A DNA stretch of 64,000 nucleotides from Leptolyngbyaceae cyanobacterium (lineage in GTDB: Bacteria; Cyanobacteriota; Cyanobacteriia; Phormidesmidales; Phormidesmidaceae): positions 19,651 to 83,650 of the forward strand of contig JBHJHA010000039.1 of assembly GCA_050331235.1 (NCBI GenBank). Reading direction: 5' to 3'. Below, in pieces: positions 21,857 to 31,372 of this stretch. The notes below the pieces were generated by a model. The model saw nothing but the letters and a program-made list of their open reading frames with translations, was not told where the DNA came from and made no database searches. Each line of letters opens with the position of its first letter. Positions within the stretch are counted from its first letter, which is position 1. The position numbers and the translations under genes are program-made.

Positions 21857-22612
21857 TCAGGCGGCTATAGCAGGTGATCGCGGCGATGTCGTGGCGGGCT
21901 GTGTCTGACGATCGCGGGTCAGCGTCTGCATGGGGCGATCAGGTTGGAGGTATCGGCCTACGGCAGCCAACAACGCATCGGTCTTGCGCGATCGCCATTC
22001 GGTGATGAGCGACTCGGTGACCAAGTAGCCATAGCGCCGTTGCATGGCGGTCTTGAGATAGCTGGCGTGGCGGTCTTCGTCGGTGGCAACGCTGAGAATT
22101 CCTGCCCGGACTTGCGCCATATCGGCAACGCCGGTCAAAGCCCGTGAGAGGTTACGAAAATCTTGACAAGCATCAGCTTCCAAGATGTGGGTGCTGCCCA
22201 GAAATGTCTGCCAGGAGATATTTTCAGGCTGTAAATCCGTGGCCGCGTAGCCCCGGAAGTAGGCTTCCATAAAGGGACTCTTTTCTTGCTGAGAGCCTTT
22301 ATTTGCAGAGGCTTGGGGAGTTATGGGTTCCTTGCCGTGTTGCTTCAGCGCGTTGGCAAAAACCTGACCGTGACGACGTTCATCGTTGACATGGTGGGTC
22401 AGCTGGTCAGCTAGCCATGTGTCGCCTTCGACTTGGGCCCGATCGCGTAGTTTGGTCAAAAACGGGACTGAGCCAGATTCGGCAAAGTAGAAACCAGCTA
22501 ATACATTGGGGCGGGTCTTCGCATCGCGGATTTGACTGGCGAGGAGATAGGCCGTCGCACCGGAGCCAAAGAGATGTAAGAGAGGGTTGAATGGGGACAT
22601 CAGACCGATCAC
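21857..22612 (-). CDS. Ferritin-like (di-iron carboxylate) domain protein
   Basis: Paired ligand motifs AESG...DERRH and LEADA...DEDRH; start may be ATG 22600. Confidence 0.8.
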   Translation of the reverse strand: MIGLMSPFNPLLHLFGSGATAYLLASQIRDAKTRPNVLAGFYFAESGSVPFLTKLRDRAQVEGDTWLADQLTHHVNDERRHGQVFANALKQHGKEPITPQASANKGSQQEKSPFMEAYFRGYAATDLQPENISWQTFLGSTHILEADACQDFRNLSRALTGVADMAQVRAGILSVATDEDRHASYLKTAMQRRYGYLVTESLITEWRSRKTDALLAAVGRYLQPDRPMQTLTRDRQTQPATTSPRSPAIAA

Positions 22613-22858
22613 TATTTGGGTAAATCAAATTGGGTAAATCGAACCTGTTAGTGGCGATCGCAGCTGACCGCGCTATCCACAAATCCGATCGGTAACCCTT
22701 GTAGTGTAATCAAACTCCCCGGTAGCGGCAGTCGTGGGGTGAAAGACGTAGCAGACTGAGCGTCCTGTCGTTTGGTTGACCGTAATCATGTTGATGCAGA
22801 GATGTCTGGCGACGACTTTTCCAAAAAACTAAGGGTTATTTGGCAGGGCTGGTATGGC

Positions 22859-24202
22859 ATGACCCAGGAATTTTGGGGCCAAGTCCTGCTAGTGGGTATT
22901 CTATATGGCTTGATTCAGCTTAGCGTGCTGCTTGGAAGCACATCGGGTTGGGCCAAGTACAGCGTATTAGAAGCGTTTGATCAGTTTCAATACTGGGACG
23001 CGGGGATTTATGCCCAGTTGGCGATCTCACCTCGCTGTACCGCGTTCTATCCGCTTTGGCCCTCTCTAATTCATATCGCGGCAGGTCCCTCAACAGTGGA
23101 GCAAGCACTCCGATTTTCAACCATGGGATCGGCCCTGATATTTGCGATTTCGCTGCCGCTGGCGTTGCGAACACTACAAAAAATCATCTGTAATCGCCGC
23201 ATTGCTTTTCTGGCGTTTTTTCTCTATGCCCTAGGCCCAAATGCCATTTTTCACAGCATTGGCTACACGGAAAGTCTCTTTAGTTTGATGAGTTGGGGAC
23301 TGCTCTTGCTGTTGGCAAAGCTTGATCGCGCTAGCCAGTGGAGGCAGTTGCAGTGGGGCAGTATGGTTTCTGGCGTATTTCTCTTAAGTATTGGACTGAG
23401 TTTGACGCGGCCGATCCTGGTCCCGTCCTTGGCGGCATTAGCATTTGGCGGCTGGCTTTACTGGCAATGTAGTCGTCTGTCACCCGTTAATGCGGGTCAG
23501 ACAGACAGCCCCAGCTTCCCATCTGCAATGGAAATACTGGGCGTAGCAAGCGCGATCGCTGTGGGTAACATCGTAGGCTACGGCATTTATGGTCACACTT
23601 GTGGGCAAGAGCTGGGCTCCATTTGGGCTCCATTTGAGGCTCAAGTTGCTTGGGGACGCAGCGTGGCAATTCGCCCTTGGTTGTTGGTGCTGCCACGATC
23701 GCTGCTGATGGACTTACATGGCCTGTACCTGCCATTACTACTAGGTGTGGGCCTACTTTGGGGCGTCGCCGGTGACCTGCAAGCTTCACTCAAACGGCAG
23801 GTATGGCTACCGCGATCACCTTGGGTCTATAGCTTTTTGATCCACCCATTAGCATTTGTTGGAGTGCTAATGAGCCTTCACCGATTTTGGCCACAAGGTA
23901 TGATTTCGCAGCCGGTCATGACGACGCCTAGATGGGGATCGCTTAGACGGTTTGCAGGGATATATGCGATCGCGTTTAGCGGAGCACATGCGGCAATTAA
24001 TTTGTTAATCAACTCAGGCAATCTGTACAGCACTGCCCGCCATGTCTTTGGTACCCCGTATACCTTTGTCGGTATTGGGCTACTCTTGGCGGCCATACCA
24101 CTCGGTCGGCTTTATCGAGTGAGTTGGGCGATCGCCTGGATTGGCATCGCACTACTAGCTCACCAGTGGTACGCCTATGCCACCGACGGCTGGTTGGGGT
24201 AA
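22859..24202 (+). CDS. Polytopic GT-C fold glycosyltransferase (PIG-V-like mannosyltransferase)
   Basis: WDAGIY, AFYPLWP, YTESLF, TRP and AWGR motifs; many TM segments. Confidence 0.72.
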   Translation: MTQEFWGQVLLVGILYGLIQLSVLLGSTSGWAKYSVLEAFDQFQYWDAGIYAQLAISPRCTAFYPLWPSLIHIAAGPSTVEQALRFSTMGSALIFAISLPLALRTLQKIICNRRIAFLAFFLYALGPNAIFHSIGYTESLFSLMSWGLLLLLAKLDRASQWRQLQWGSMVSGVFLLSIGLSLTRPILVPSLAALAFGGWLYWQCSRLSPVNAGQTDSPSFPSAMEILGVASAIAVGNIVGYGIYGHTCGQELGSIWAPFEAQVAWGRSVAIRPWLLVLPRSLLMDLHGLYLPLLLGVGLLWGVAGDLQASLKRQVWLPRSPWVYSFLIHPLAFVGVLMSLHRFWPQGMISQPVMTTPRWGSLRRFAGIYAIAFSGAHAAINLLINSGNLYSTARHVFGTPYTFVGIGLLLAAIPLGRLYRVSWAIAWIGIALLAHQWYAYATDGWLG

Positions 24203-24268
24203 AGGGCTGGAGGTAAGGGTTTAGGTATCTCGACATGCTTGAGCAGGCTGCACACTGCCGGCCACGCC

Positions 24269-26626
24269 TCAACCTGACTCGCTAACTCGATGGAGCGATA
24301 ACACATCGGTCATCTTGCGGACTTGGGTAAAGGTGCGCTCCAGATGGGCATGATCCCGCACATCTAGCCCTAGATCAATCTCGGCAGTTTGTCCGGGAAA
24401 GGTCTTGACCTGAGCCTTGTGGACGTTGATATCTAAGTCAGACAAGTGGCTGAGAATGTCCTTAAGTACGCCCACGCGATCGATGACTTGGATGCGGACC
24501 TGTACCGGATATGTAGAGGAGCGTTTAGCGGTGGCTTCCCCTTGATTCCAACTAGTGGGGATCAGGCGATCGCCTGGGATGCGCTCAACATTAGGACAAC
24601 TCTGATGATGAATTGCGATACCTCGTGAACCGAGGGAAACGGCTCCAATGATCGATTCTCCTGGCAGCGGGTTACAACAGCCTGCCATATGGTAGAGCAA
24701 GCCCTCAACTCCCAGAATCGGAGAGTCAGAACGGGGCTGGAATGGTTTGACCGGCTGACTGATTGCTTCTGCCAAGAGTATTTCGGCATCGGCTTGGGGA
24801 TCAGTGTCGCGAGATTGGATCGGTTGTTGCGCTTTGACTGCCTCGCGTAAACGGTTGACTACGAGGTTGAGTGTGACTTCCCCATAGCCTAGCCCAGCCA
24901 GCAAATCTTCGGCGCTGGGGTAGTTGCAGCGCTCAGCGACAGCTTGGGCCGGCTCTGATTTGAGCATGGCATCAAGACCACTCTTGCCCATCTCTTTTTC
25001 CAAAAGTTCACGGCCCCGAGCAACGTTTTGGCTGCGGTGCGATCGCTTATACCACTGGCGAATGCGGTTGCGGGCCCCGGCTGTGACGACATAGTTCAAC
25101 CAATCAAGACTCGGATGACTGTTCTTTTGAGTGATAATCTCAACAATGTCGCCATTCTCCAAGGGCGTATCGAGGGGAACAATGCGGCCATTGACCCGGG
25201 CCCCGGCACAGTGGTTGCCCACCTCTGTATGAATGCGATAAGCAAAGTCAATCGGCGACGCACCCCGGGTCAGCGAGATAACGTCACCGTCAGGCGTAAA
25301 CACATAGACATCTTCGTCAAAGAGATTGCCCTTGACGTTGTCCATGAATTCTTGGGCATCTTTAAGGTCACTTTGCCATTCCAGCAGTTGGCGTAGCCAG
25401 GTAAATCGTTCCTCATCAGCGTTGACCGGCATCGTACTCGAGCCGCCTGATTCTTTATATTTCCAGTGGGCCGCGATGCCATACTCCGCCACCTGATGCA
25501 TCTCCAGGGTGCGAATCTGCACTTCGATAGGGCGACCATAACTGCCAATAACAACTGTGTGTAAAGACTGATAACGGTTGGGTTTAGGCAAGCCGATGTA
25601 GTCTTTAAAGCGACCCGGAATCGGCCGAAATGCATCATGGACGATCGCTAAGGCGCGATAGCATTCTTCATTGGTGTTAACGATAAGGCGAATAGCGGCA
25701 ACATCGTAAATTTCGTTGAACTGTTTTAGCTGGCGCTCCATTTTGCGGAAAATGCCATATAGATGTTTGGGGCGGCTACTGACATCCACAATGCTGATGC
25801 CGGCTTGCTCCATGCGCTCGTGTAAAGTCGTTGCGGCCGCTTGTAGCCGTGCCTCGCGATCGGTGCGCTTGCCCGCTACATAAGTCTGCATGGTGCGATA
25901 AGCGTCAGGCTCTAAATATTTAAAGGAAATATCCTCCAGCTCCCATTTGAAACGGCCAATTCCGAGTCGATTGGCTAGGGGGGCAAAAATCTCCAAGGTT
26001 TCAGCAGCAATGCGACGCTGTTTGGCCGGTGGGAGGTGCTCGAGCGTACGCATGTTGTGGAGGCGATCGGCGAGCTTGACTACGATGACGCGCACGTCTT
26101 GGGCCATCGCCAAAAACATGCGGCGAAAATTTTCGGCTTGGCGCTCCGTTTTGCTATGGAAGTTGAATTTCGATAGTTTGGTTACCCCTTCTACTAAACG
26201 TCGTACCTCTTCGCCAAAGTGGCTCTCAATTTCTTCTGGGGTGACCTCCGTGTCTTCCACTACATCGTGGAGAAATCCAGCGGCGATCATGGCGCTGTCG
26301 CCCCCCAACTCTCTGAGCAGGCACGCTACCTCGATTGGGTGACAAATGTAAGACTCTCCAGACGCTCGCTTTTGCCCTTCGTGTAGCTTGTAGGCAAACT
26401 GAAATGCCTGACTAACTAAGTCGCGGCTTTCAAGATCTAGGTGCGGTAACCCTTTACCCGCGTCCGACTCCAAACCCACGCTGCCTTCATCGCTGTGAAG
26501 AAGATGACCATTGTGATTACTAGGACATTCTCCAAAGGCGTGAGCCGCAGAGCTCGACAGCAGACAATGCGCTAACCAAGTAGGCACTGTGCAGTCTTGG
26601 GGAATCGTTACGGTCGAATTGGGCAT
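24269..26626 (-). CDS. rel: Bifunctional (p)ppGpp synthetase/hydrolase Rel
   Basis: HD domain (HP...LHDVVED), RPKH, RFKD, YQSLHT, EVQIRT, TGS, CC..H..C region and ACT. Confidence 0.97.
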   Translation of the reverse strand: MPNSTVTIPQDCTVPTWLAHCLLSSSAAHAFGECPSNHNGHLLHSDEGSVGLESDAGKGLPHLDLESRDLVSQAFQFAYKLHEGQKRASGESYICHPIEVACLLRELGGDSAMIAAGFLHDVVEDTEVTPEEIESHFGEEVRRLVEGVTKLSKFNFHSKTERQAENFRRMFLAMAQDVRVIVVKLADRLHNMRTLEHLPPAKQRRIAAETLEIFAPLANRLGIGRFKWELEDISFKYLEPDAYRTMQTYVAGKRTDREARLQAAATTLHERMEQAGISIVDVSSRPKHLYGIFRKMERQLKQFNEIYDVAAIRLIVNTNEECYRALAIVHDAFRPIPGRFKDYIGLPKPNRYQSLHTVVIGSYGRPIEVQIRTLEMHQVAEYGIAAHWKYKESGGSSTMPVNADEERFTWLRQLLEWQSDLKDAQEFMDNVKGNLFDEDVYVFTPDGDVISLTRGASPIDFAYRIHTEVGNHCAGARVNGRIVPLDTPLENGDIVEIITQKNSHPSLDWLNYVVTAGARNRIRQWYKRSHRSQNVARGRELLEKEMGKSGLDAMLKSEPAQAVAERCNYPSAEDLLAGLGYGEVTLNLVVNRLREAVKAQQPIQSRDTDPQADAEILLAEAISQPVKPFQPRSDSPILGVEGLLYHMAGCCNPLPGESIIGAVSLGSRGIAIHHQSCPNVERIPGDRLIPTSWNQGEATAKRSSTYPVQVRIQVIDRVGVLKDILSHLSDLDINVHKAQVKTFPGQTAEIDLGLDVRDHAHLERTFTQVRKMTDVLSLHRVSESG

Positions 26627-26903
26627 TGCAAAGGGGATGAAGTAAACGACATTGTCGCTAGCGATGCACTAGCCGAAAGCAGGAACAAGGGCGAGGCAGT
26701 AGGGATAGAGAACGGGAACGGCTGGGATTAAGGTTGCTCAGCTGGATATCAACTGGAGAGCCAGAGGTCGGGACTTGAGACCAATGGACTAAGCTAGTGG
26801 CAAACCACGGGAGACCAAATCTAGGTTGTCCCCGTCGTCGGGACCCACCTAGGGTCATTCGTCAGCCGTAAATCATAAACGTTATGGGTTTATCTAAATA
26901 ATA

Positions 26904-26936
26904 TAGACCCTGTTGAGGGATCCTCAACAGGGTCTA
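26904..26936. repeat. Perfect 15-bp inverted repeat with 3-nt loop between rel and patD
   Basis: TAGACCCTGTTGAGG-GAT-CCTCAACAGGGTCTA. Confidence 0.9.
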
Positions 26937-27034
26937 AAGATGTTGACATTTATTGCGGTGATGTACAACTTTAGGAGGAAATTGTTTGTCCCTAGCCTAG
27001 GGAAGTATCTGACACCGACCCCAAAGGAAATTGC

Positions 27035-27427
27035 ATGTCTGCTTTTCAACGCTACTACTCTGCCGAGGCCGATATCTTATCGACATTTATCCAGCAACTG
27101 ACCACGCTACAAAGCTCTACCTGTCAGGCTAACCTCGATAGTACGGCGCTGCAAGAACAGTTTCTCTCAGTGCAGCAGCTTTATCAGCAGCAGCTATTGC
27201 CGACGCTTTTGGCTTCGACATCGGCGGAGGGACTTGTCACTTATCAGACAGAGATTAGTCGAGCCCTACGCTTGCTGGGTATGGATGTGGCCTTTTTGCA
27301 GTCAGCCAGAAATACCTTGACCATTCAAAAACGCCAGACTCAGATGCAGCAAAGGCTCAAGTCGCTGCTGGAGTTTTGTCAGGGGCTTCGCGCCGCTTTG
27401 TCAGGGGCTGATGAGTCGCAGCCATGA
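27035..27427 (+). CDS. patD: PatD-family (heterocyst frequency control) protein
   Basis: YQTEISRALRLLGMDVAFLQSARN...RQTQMQQRL...FC motif; divergent from rel, the recalled usual context. Confidence 0.75.
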   Translation: MSAFQRYYSAEADILSTFIQQLTTLQSSTCQANLDSTALQEQFLSVQQLYQQQLLPTLLASTSAEGLVTYQTEISRALRLLGMDVAFLQSARNTLTIQKRQTQMQQRLKSLLEFCQGLRAALSGADESQP

Positions 27428-27517
27428 TGCCGGCTAGAGCAGTATCGTTAAGGTCAGTAGGCCGGTCGTGCTGTGCGTGCCGAACCGGCGTATAAACGCT
27501 CGTTCGGAGCCACCCTA

Positions 27518-28444
27518 TTAGCGGTCATAAACAGCGAGAAAATCAGTCACCTCTGAGTGCGTGGGAAGTGAGGGCTGGGCACCGGCTTTAGTAACTGATA
27601 ATGCGGCTGTGGCAGTAGCCCACTGGACAGCTTCCCTCAGAGGCTTTTGGGCTTGAAGGGCGATCGCCAGTCCCCCATTAAAAGCATCGCCTGCCGCCAC
27701 GGTATCGACCACAGTGACGGTAAAAGCAGGTTGATAGAAGGTTTCAGTGAGGGTGCCGCAAACGACGCCCTGCTCGCCTAGCTTGATAATGACGGTGGTG
27801 GCTCCTTGTGACTGTAGGGCGGCGATCGCCGCGTTGGCTTGATCAATGGTATTGACTGGAAATCCCACGAGTTGTTCAGCTTCGACTTGATTAGGGGTCA
27901 GGATGTCAACACTGGGATAGACCGAGGTGAGGTCACCCGCTGGTACCGGTGCCGGGTCTAGCATCACCGTGAGGCCTGCTGCGTGAGCGGTTTGGGCCGC
28001 AGCGACAACACTTGCAGGGCCAATTTCACACTGTAGTAGCAGCAGGTCGGCAGTCTTAAAGTGCGGCTTTAGACGATCAACATCGGCACGATTCACGCGC
28101 CCGTTGGCACCTGGCACAATGAGGATCTGGTTCTCCCCTTGGGCCCCCACGGCGATCGCTGCCACGCCGGTGTGAGTCTCACCATCGATCAACACCGTAT
28201 CTTTTATCTGGACGCCATCATGCGCCAGTGCTTGGCATAGCTGACGGCCAAAATCATCATCGCCGACTCGCCCCACTAAGGTTGTAGTCGCACCCTGACG
28301 GGCAACGGCAACAGCTTGGTTGGCTCCTTTGCCGCCCGCCACTGTGGTAAAGGATTGGCCAGTCAGCGTTTCTCCCGACTGTGGGAGCCGAGGGGTGCGT
28401 ACGACTAAGTCCATGTTCAAGCTGCCAAATACCAAGATCGCCAT
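27518..28444 (-). CDS. rbsK: Ribokinase (PfkB family)
   Basis: GSLNMD, GGKGANQAVA, PNQVE, DTVAAGDAF. Confidence 0.93.
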   Translation of the reverse strand: MAILVFGSLNMDLVVRTPRLPQSGETLTGQSFTTVAGGKGANQAVAVARQGATTTLVGRVGDDDFGRQLCQALAHDGVQIKDTVLIDGETHTGVAAIAVGAQGENQILIVPGANGRVNRADVDRLKPHFKTADLLLLQCEIGPASVVAAAQTAHAAGLTVMLDPAPVPAGDLTSVYPSVDILTPNQVEAEQLVGFPVNTIDQANAAIAALQSQGATTVIIKLGEQGVVCGTLTETFYQPAFTVTVVDTVAAGDAFNGGLAIALQAQKPLREAVQWATATAALSVTKAGAQPSLPTHSEVTDFLAVYDR

Positions 28445-28449
28445 GGCTT

Positions 28450-28737
28450 TTACAGCTCGAATGGATCGTCAGCTAAGTCATCCTGCCCCTCTTTTTGGCC
28501 ACTCCATTCGGTAGGAGGGCGATCGCTGCTCCAAGCCCACCAAGCAGCTTCACACTCGCCACATTGATAGAATTCTTGCCATTTGCGTTTGCGGCCTTCG
28601 GTGTATACGGGCGATCGTCGATTGATCCACACGGCGGTTGATTTTGAAGGGTCGGCTCCACAGTGGGGACAGCCAAATTGGTAGGCATGGACTGCCGCTT
28701 GGGCCCAATTCGGCGGCAGAGGTGAAAAAGGATTCAT
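28450..28737 (-). CDS. Small conserved cyanobacterial protein with two CxxC pairs (putative Zn-ribbon)
   Basis: CPHC ... WINRRSPV ... WQEFYQCGEC..AWWAWSSDRPP; ATG 28737; 5 nt from the rbsK start. Confidence 0.75.
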   Translation of the reverse strand: MNPFSPLPPNWAQAAVHAYQFGCPHCGADPSKSTAVWINRRSPVYTEGRKRKWQEFYQCGECEAAWWAWSSDRPPTEWSGQKEGQDDLADDPFEL

Positions 28738-28904
28738 AAACCAAAGAAGAGCCACTATTTCATCCATTATGGTTTGACGCCAGCCAGAACGCACAGACGG
28801 GGGAAATATCTTCTATTAAGTAAATTGCGACAGCGCCAAAAATTCGGTTCACATTCCATCTCCCCTTGTAGAATCGTGGCGTTAGCGGTGAACCGAGGCT
28901 TCAT

Positions 28905-30317
28905 ATGCTCAACTTGTTGTCACTGGTGGGAATGGCGGGACTATGCTTTGTCGCTTGGTTGGGCTCTGAAGATCGACGCCGCATCCCTTGGAAACTCATT
29001 GCCGTTGGCATCGGCCTCCAACTGCTACTCGGGCTGCTAATCTTTCGGGCGCCGATTACCCGCGAGGTGGTGGTGTGGCTCAGCGGCATCCTCAATGCTT
29101 TAATTGATGCGTCTGAGGCGGGTTCGCGGTTTTTGTTTGGGCCCATCTTGGTGCCTGATTTGGGGGCGCAGGTCGGTCCCCAAGGGGCGGGCCGCTGGTT
29201 GGCCCGGGCGCTGACTCCACCTTTTACGCCGGTACCGGGCGATCGCCTCGGTGCCGATAGCCTGGGACTCGGCTACATTCTGGCGTTTCGAGCCCTGCCA
29301 CAGGTCATTTTCTTCGCCGCGATTTTCAATCTGCTCTACAACCTGGGCGTGATTCAGCCAGTGGTGAATGTATTTGCCAAGTTCTTCCGCTCAGTGATGA
29401 ATATCAGTGGAGCAGAGTCTCTGGCCGGGGCCGCCAATATCTTTGTGGGTATTGAGTCGGCGATCGCCATCAAACCATTTTTGGTCAATATGACCCGCAG
29501 TGAGTTATGCGCAATCTTAGCCTCTTGCTTTGGCTCCATCGCCTCGACCGTATTGGGGCTGTATGCTGGTTATCTGCGCAGTACCTTTCCGGCGATCGCC
29601 GGACACCTGATGTCCGCATCGGTGCTCACGATTCCCGCGGCGTTTGTGATGGCTAAAATTTTGGTGCCTGAAAAAGAGATTCCCGAAACCTTGGGCAAGG
29701 TACCGGAACTAGTACAGGTCGAAGCAGAAAACAAAAGTCCGATGGATGCGTTGATTGGGGGCGCGCTAGACGGCGTCAAAATGGCCGTCGGGATCGCCGC
29801 CTCGTTGATTACGATTTTGGGCTTGGTGGCCCTGCTCAACCTCCTATTTGCTTCGCTCGCTTCGCTGCAAACGAGTTCGATCGCGCTGCTGCGGCCTATC
29901 GGTCAGCTCTTTAGCGTTGTCACCTTAGACAACATTACTGGGGTGCTCTTTTTACCACTCACCTTTCTCACTGGGGTGTCCCTCGACTGGAATGAGCTGT
30001 GGACGTCTTCTGTATTGATCGGCCAACGATTATTGAAAACGGCCATTCCGCCTTATATTGCCCTAGCGGATTTATCGGCCGAGGGCGTGCTCAGCGATCG
30101 CGCCTTGGTGATTATCAGCTATGTGCTCTGTGGATTTGCCCATGTGCCCTCTGTCGGCATCTTTGTAGGTGGGTTGGCGGGCTTAGTGCCGTCCCGCAGC
30201 CACGACATTTCTTCCTTAGGCTGGAAAGCCCTGTGGGCGGGAACATTAGCAACCTTAATGACCGGCTGTGTGGCGGGCGTTTGGTTCTATGAGGGCACGG
30301 TTGTACTCGGTCGCTGA
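28905..30317 (+). CDS. nupC: Concentrative nucleoside transporter (CNT/NupC family)
   Basis: GSRFLFG, ALPQVIFF, SGAESLAGAANIFVG, MTRSEL and LCGFAH motifs. Confidence 0.9.
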   Translation: MLNLLSLVGMAGLCFVAWLGSEDRRRIPWKLIAVGIGLQLLLGLLIFRAPITREVVVWLSGILNALIDASEAGSRFLFGPILVPDLGAQVGPQGAGRWLARALTPPFTPVPGDRLGADSLGLGYILAFRALPQVIFFAAIFNLLYNLGVIQPVVNVFAKFFRSVMNISGAESLAGAANIFVGIESAIAIKPFLVNMTRSELCAILASCFGSIASTVLGLYAGYLRSTFPAIAGHLMSASVLTIPAAFVMAKILVPEKEIPETLGKVPELVQVEAENKSPMDALIGGALDGVKMAVGIAASLITILGLVALLNLLFASLASLQTSSIALLRPIGQLFSVVTLDNITGVLFLPLTFLTGVSLDWNELWTSSVLIGQRLLKTAIPPYIALADLSAEGVLSDRALVIISYVLCGFAHVPSVGIFVGGLAGLVPSRSHDISSLGWKALWAGTLATLMTGCVAGVWFYEGTVVLGR

Positions 30318-30406
30318 GCGATCGCGGAGGTTGCCGCAGTCGGCACACAGAAGCCCCATTGGCCGTCAGTTGCTTCATATCGCGATGAATTTACGGAGTT
30401 GATCAG

Positions 30407-31354
30407 TTGCTTTACGCCGCACTCAGCCAGATATTCAGTATGCTTAAATGGCCCTTACGAATGGCGTTGGGCTATGGGGTCGTCGTGGGAAGCACGATAG
30501 TGCCTGCGGCAGGCTTGGCAGCGGCCCCAGCAAATTTGGCAGAGTCGCCCGAGAACAGCTTTTTATGGCAAATTGAGACACCGACCAACACGGTTTATCT
30601 GCTGGGGTCAATTCATTTCCTCGCGCCAGAAAACTATCCCCTCCCAACAGCCATGCAAACGGCCTTTGCTGAGGCTGAGTATCTCGTGTTAGAAGCCGAT
30701 GTCGGACCGGGAACTGAGTTTGCCACCGCCATGCTGCTGTTCGATAAGGCCGTGCCGGAACCGGGCGAAATGCTCACCGAAGTACTGGGTCCTGAGAGCT
30801 ATGAGCTCGCCGCTCAAAGGGCAGAAGCTCTGGGCATGGGTATGGGCTTCTTTGATCAGTATGAGCCCTGGTTTTTATCGGTGACGCTCACCTCACTGCA
30901 ATTACTTTCCCTAGGGTTTTCCCCCGAGTATGGGGTTGATTTGCACTTTTATGGGCAGGCCCAAGCCAGCGAAACCCCTATTTTGTTTTTAGAAACCGTG
31001 GAGCAGCAGTTCGACCTATTTGAGCAACTGTCCATTGACGAGCAGCGCTCATTTACTGAGCAAACCTTAGCAGAGTTAGATCTGTTCGAGGCTTCCTTTG
31101 ACGAAGTGTTAGCCGCCTGGAAGGCGGGCGATGGCGATCGCATGGCGGAGATCTTACTCACGGGCTTTGAGAATTACCCGGGAATGCAAGACATTTTTCT
31201 CGGCGATCGCAATCGGGACTGGGTGACCCAGATTTTGCCCTGGCTCCAGACGGACGATGACTACCTAATTGTGGGCGGGGCACTCCATCTAGTCGGCCCC
31301 GACAATGTGCTGGAGCTCCTAGAGGCCGAAGGTTACAACGCTAAGCAGCTTTAA
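30407..31354 (+). CDS. TraB/GumN family protein
   Basis: LWQI..YLLGSIH, GVD, LETVEQQ, RNRDW, VGGALHLVG; signal peptide; start may be ATG 30440. Confidence 0.88.
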   Translation: MLYAALSQIFSMLKWPLRMALGYGVVVGSTIVPAAGLAAAPANLAESPENSFLWQIETPTNTVYLLGSIHFLAPENYPLPTAMQTAFAEAEYLVLEADVGPGTEFATAMLLFDKAVPEPGEMLTEVLGPESYELAAQRAEALGMGMGFFDQYEPWFLSVTLTSLQLLSLGFSPEYGVDLHFYGQAQASETPILFLETVEQQFDLFEQLSIDEQRSFTEQTLAELDLFEASFDEVLAAWKAGDGDRMAEILLTGFENYPGMQDIFLGDRNRDWVTQILPWLQTDDDYLIVGGALHLVGPDNVLELLEAEGYNAKQL

Positions 31355-31372
31355 TAGCTCAGTCTTTGAGTC

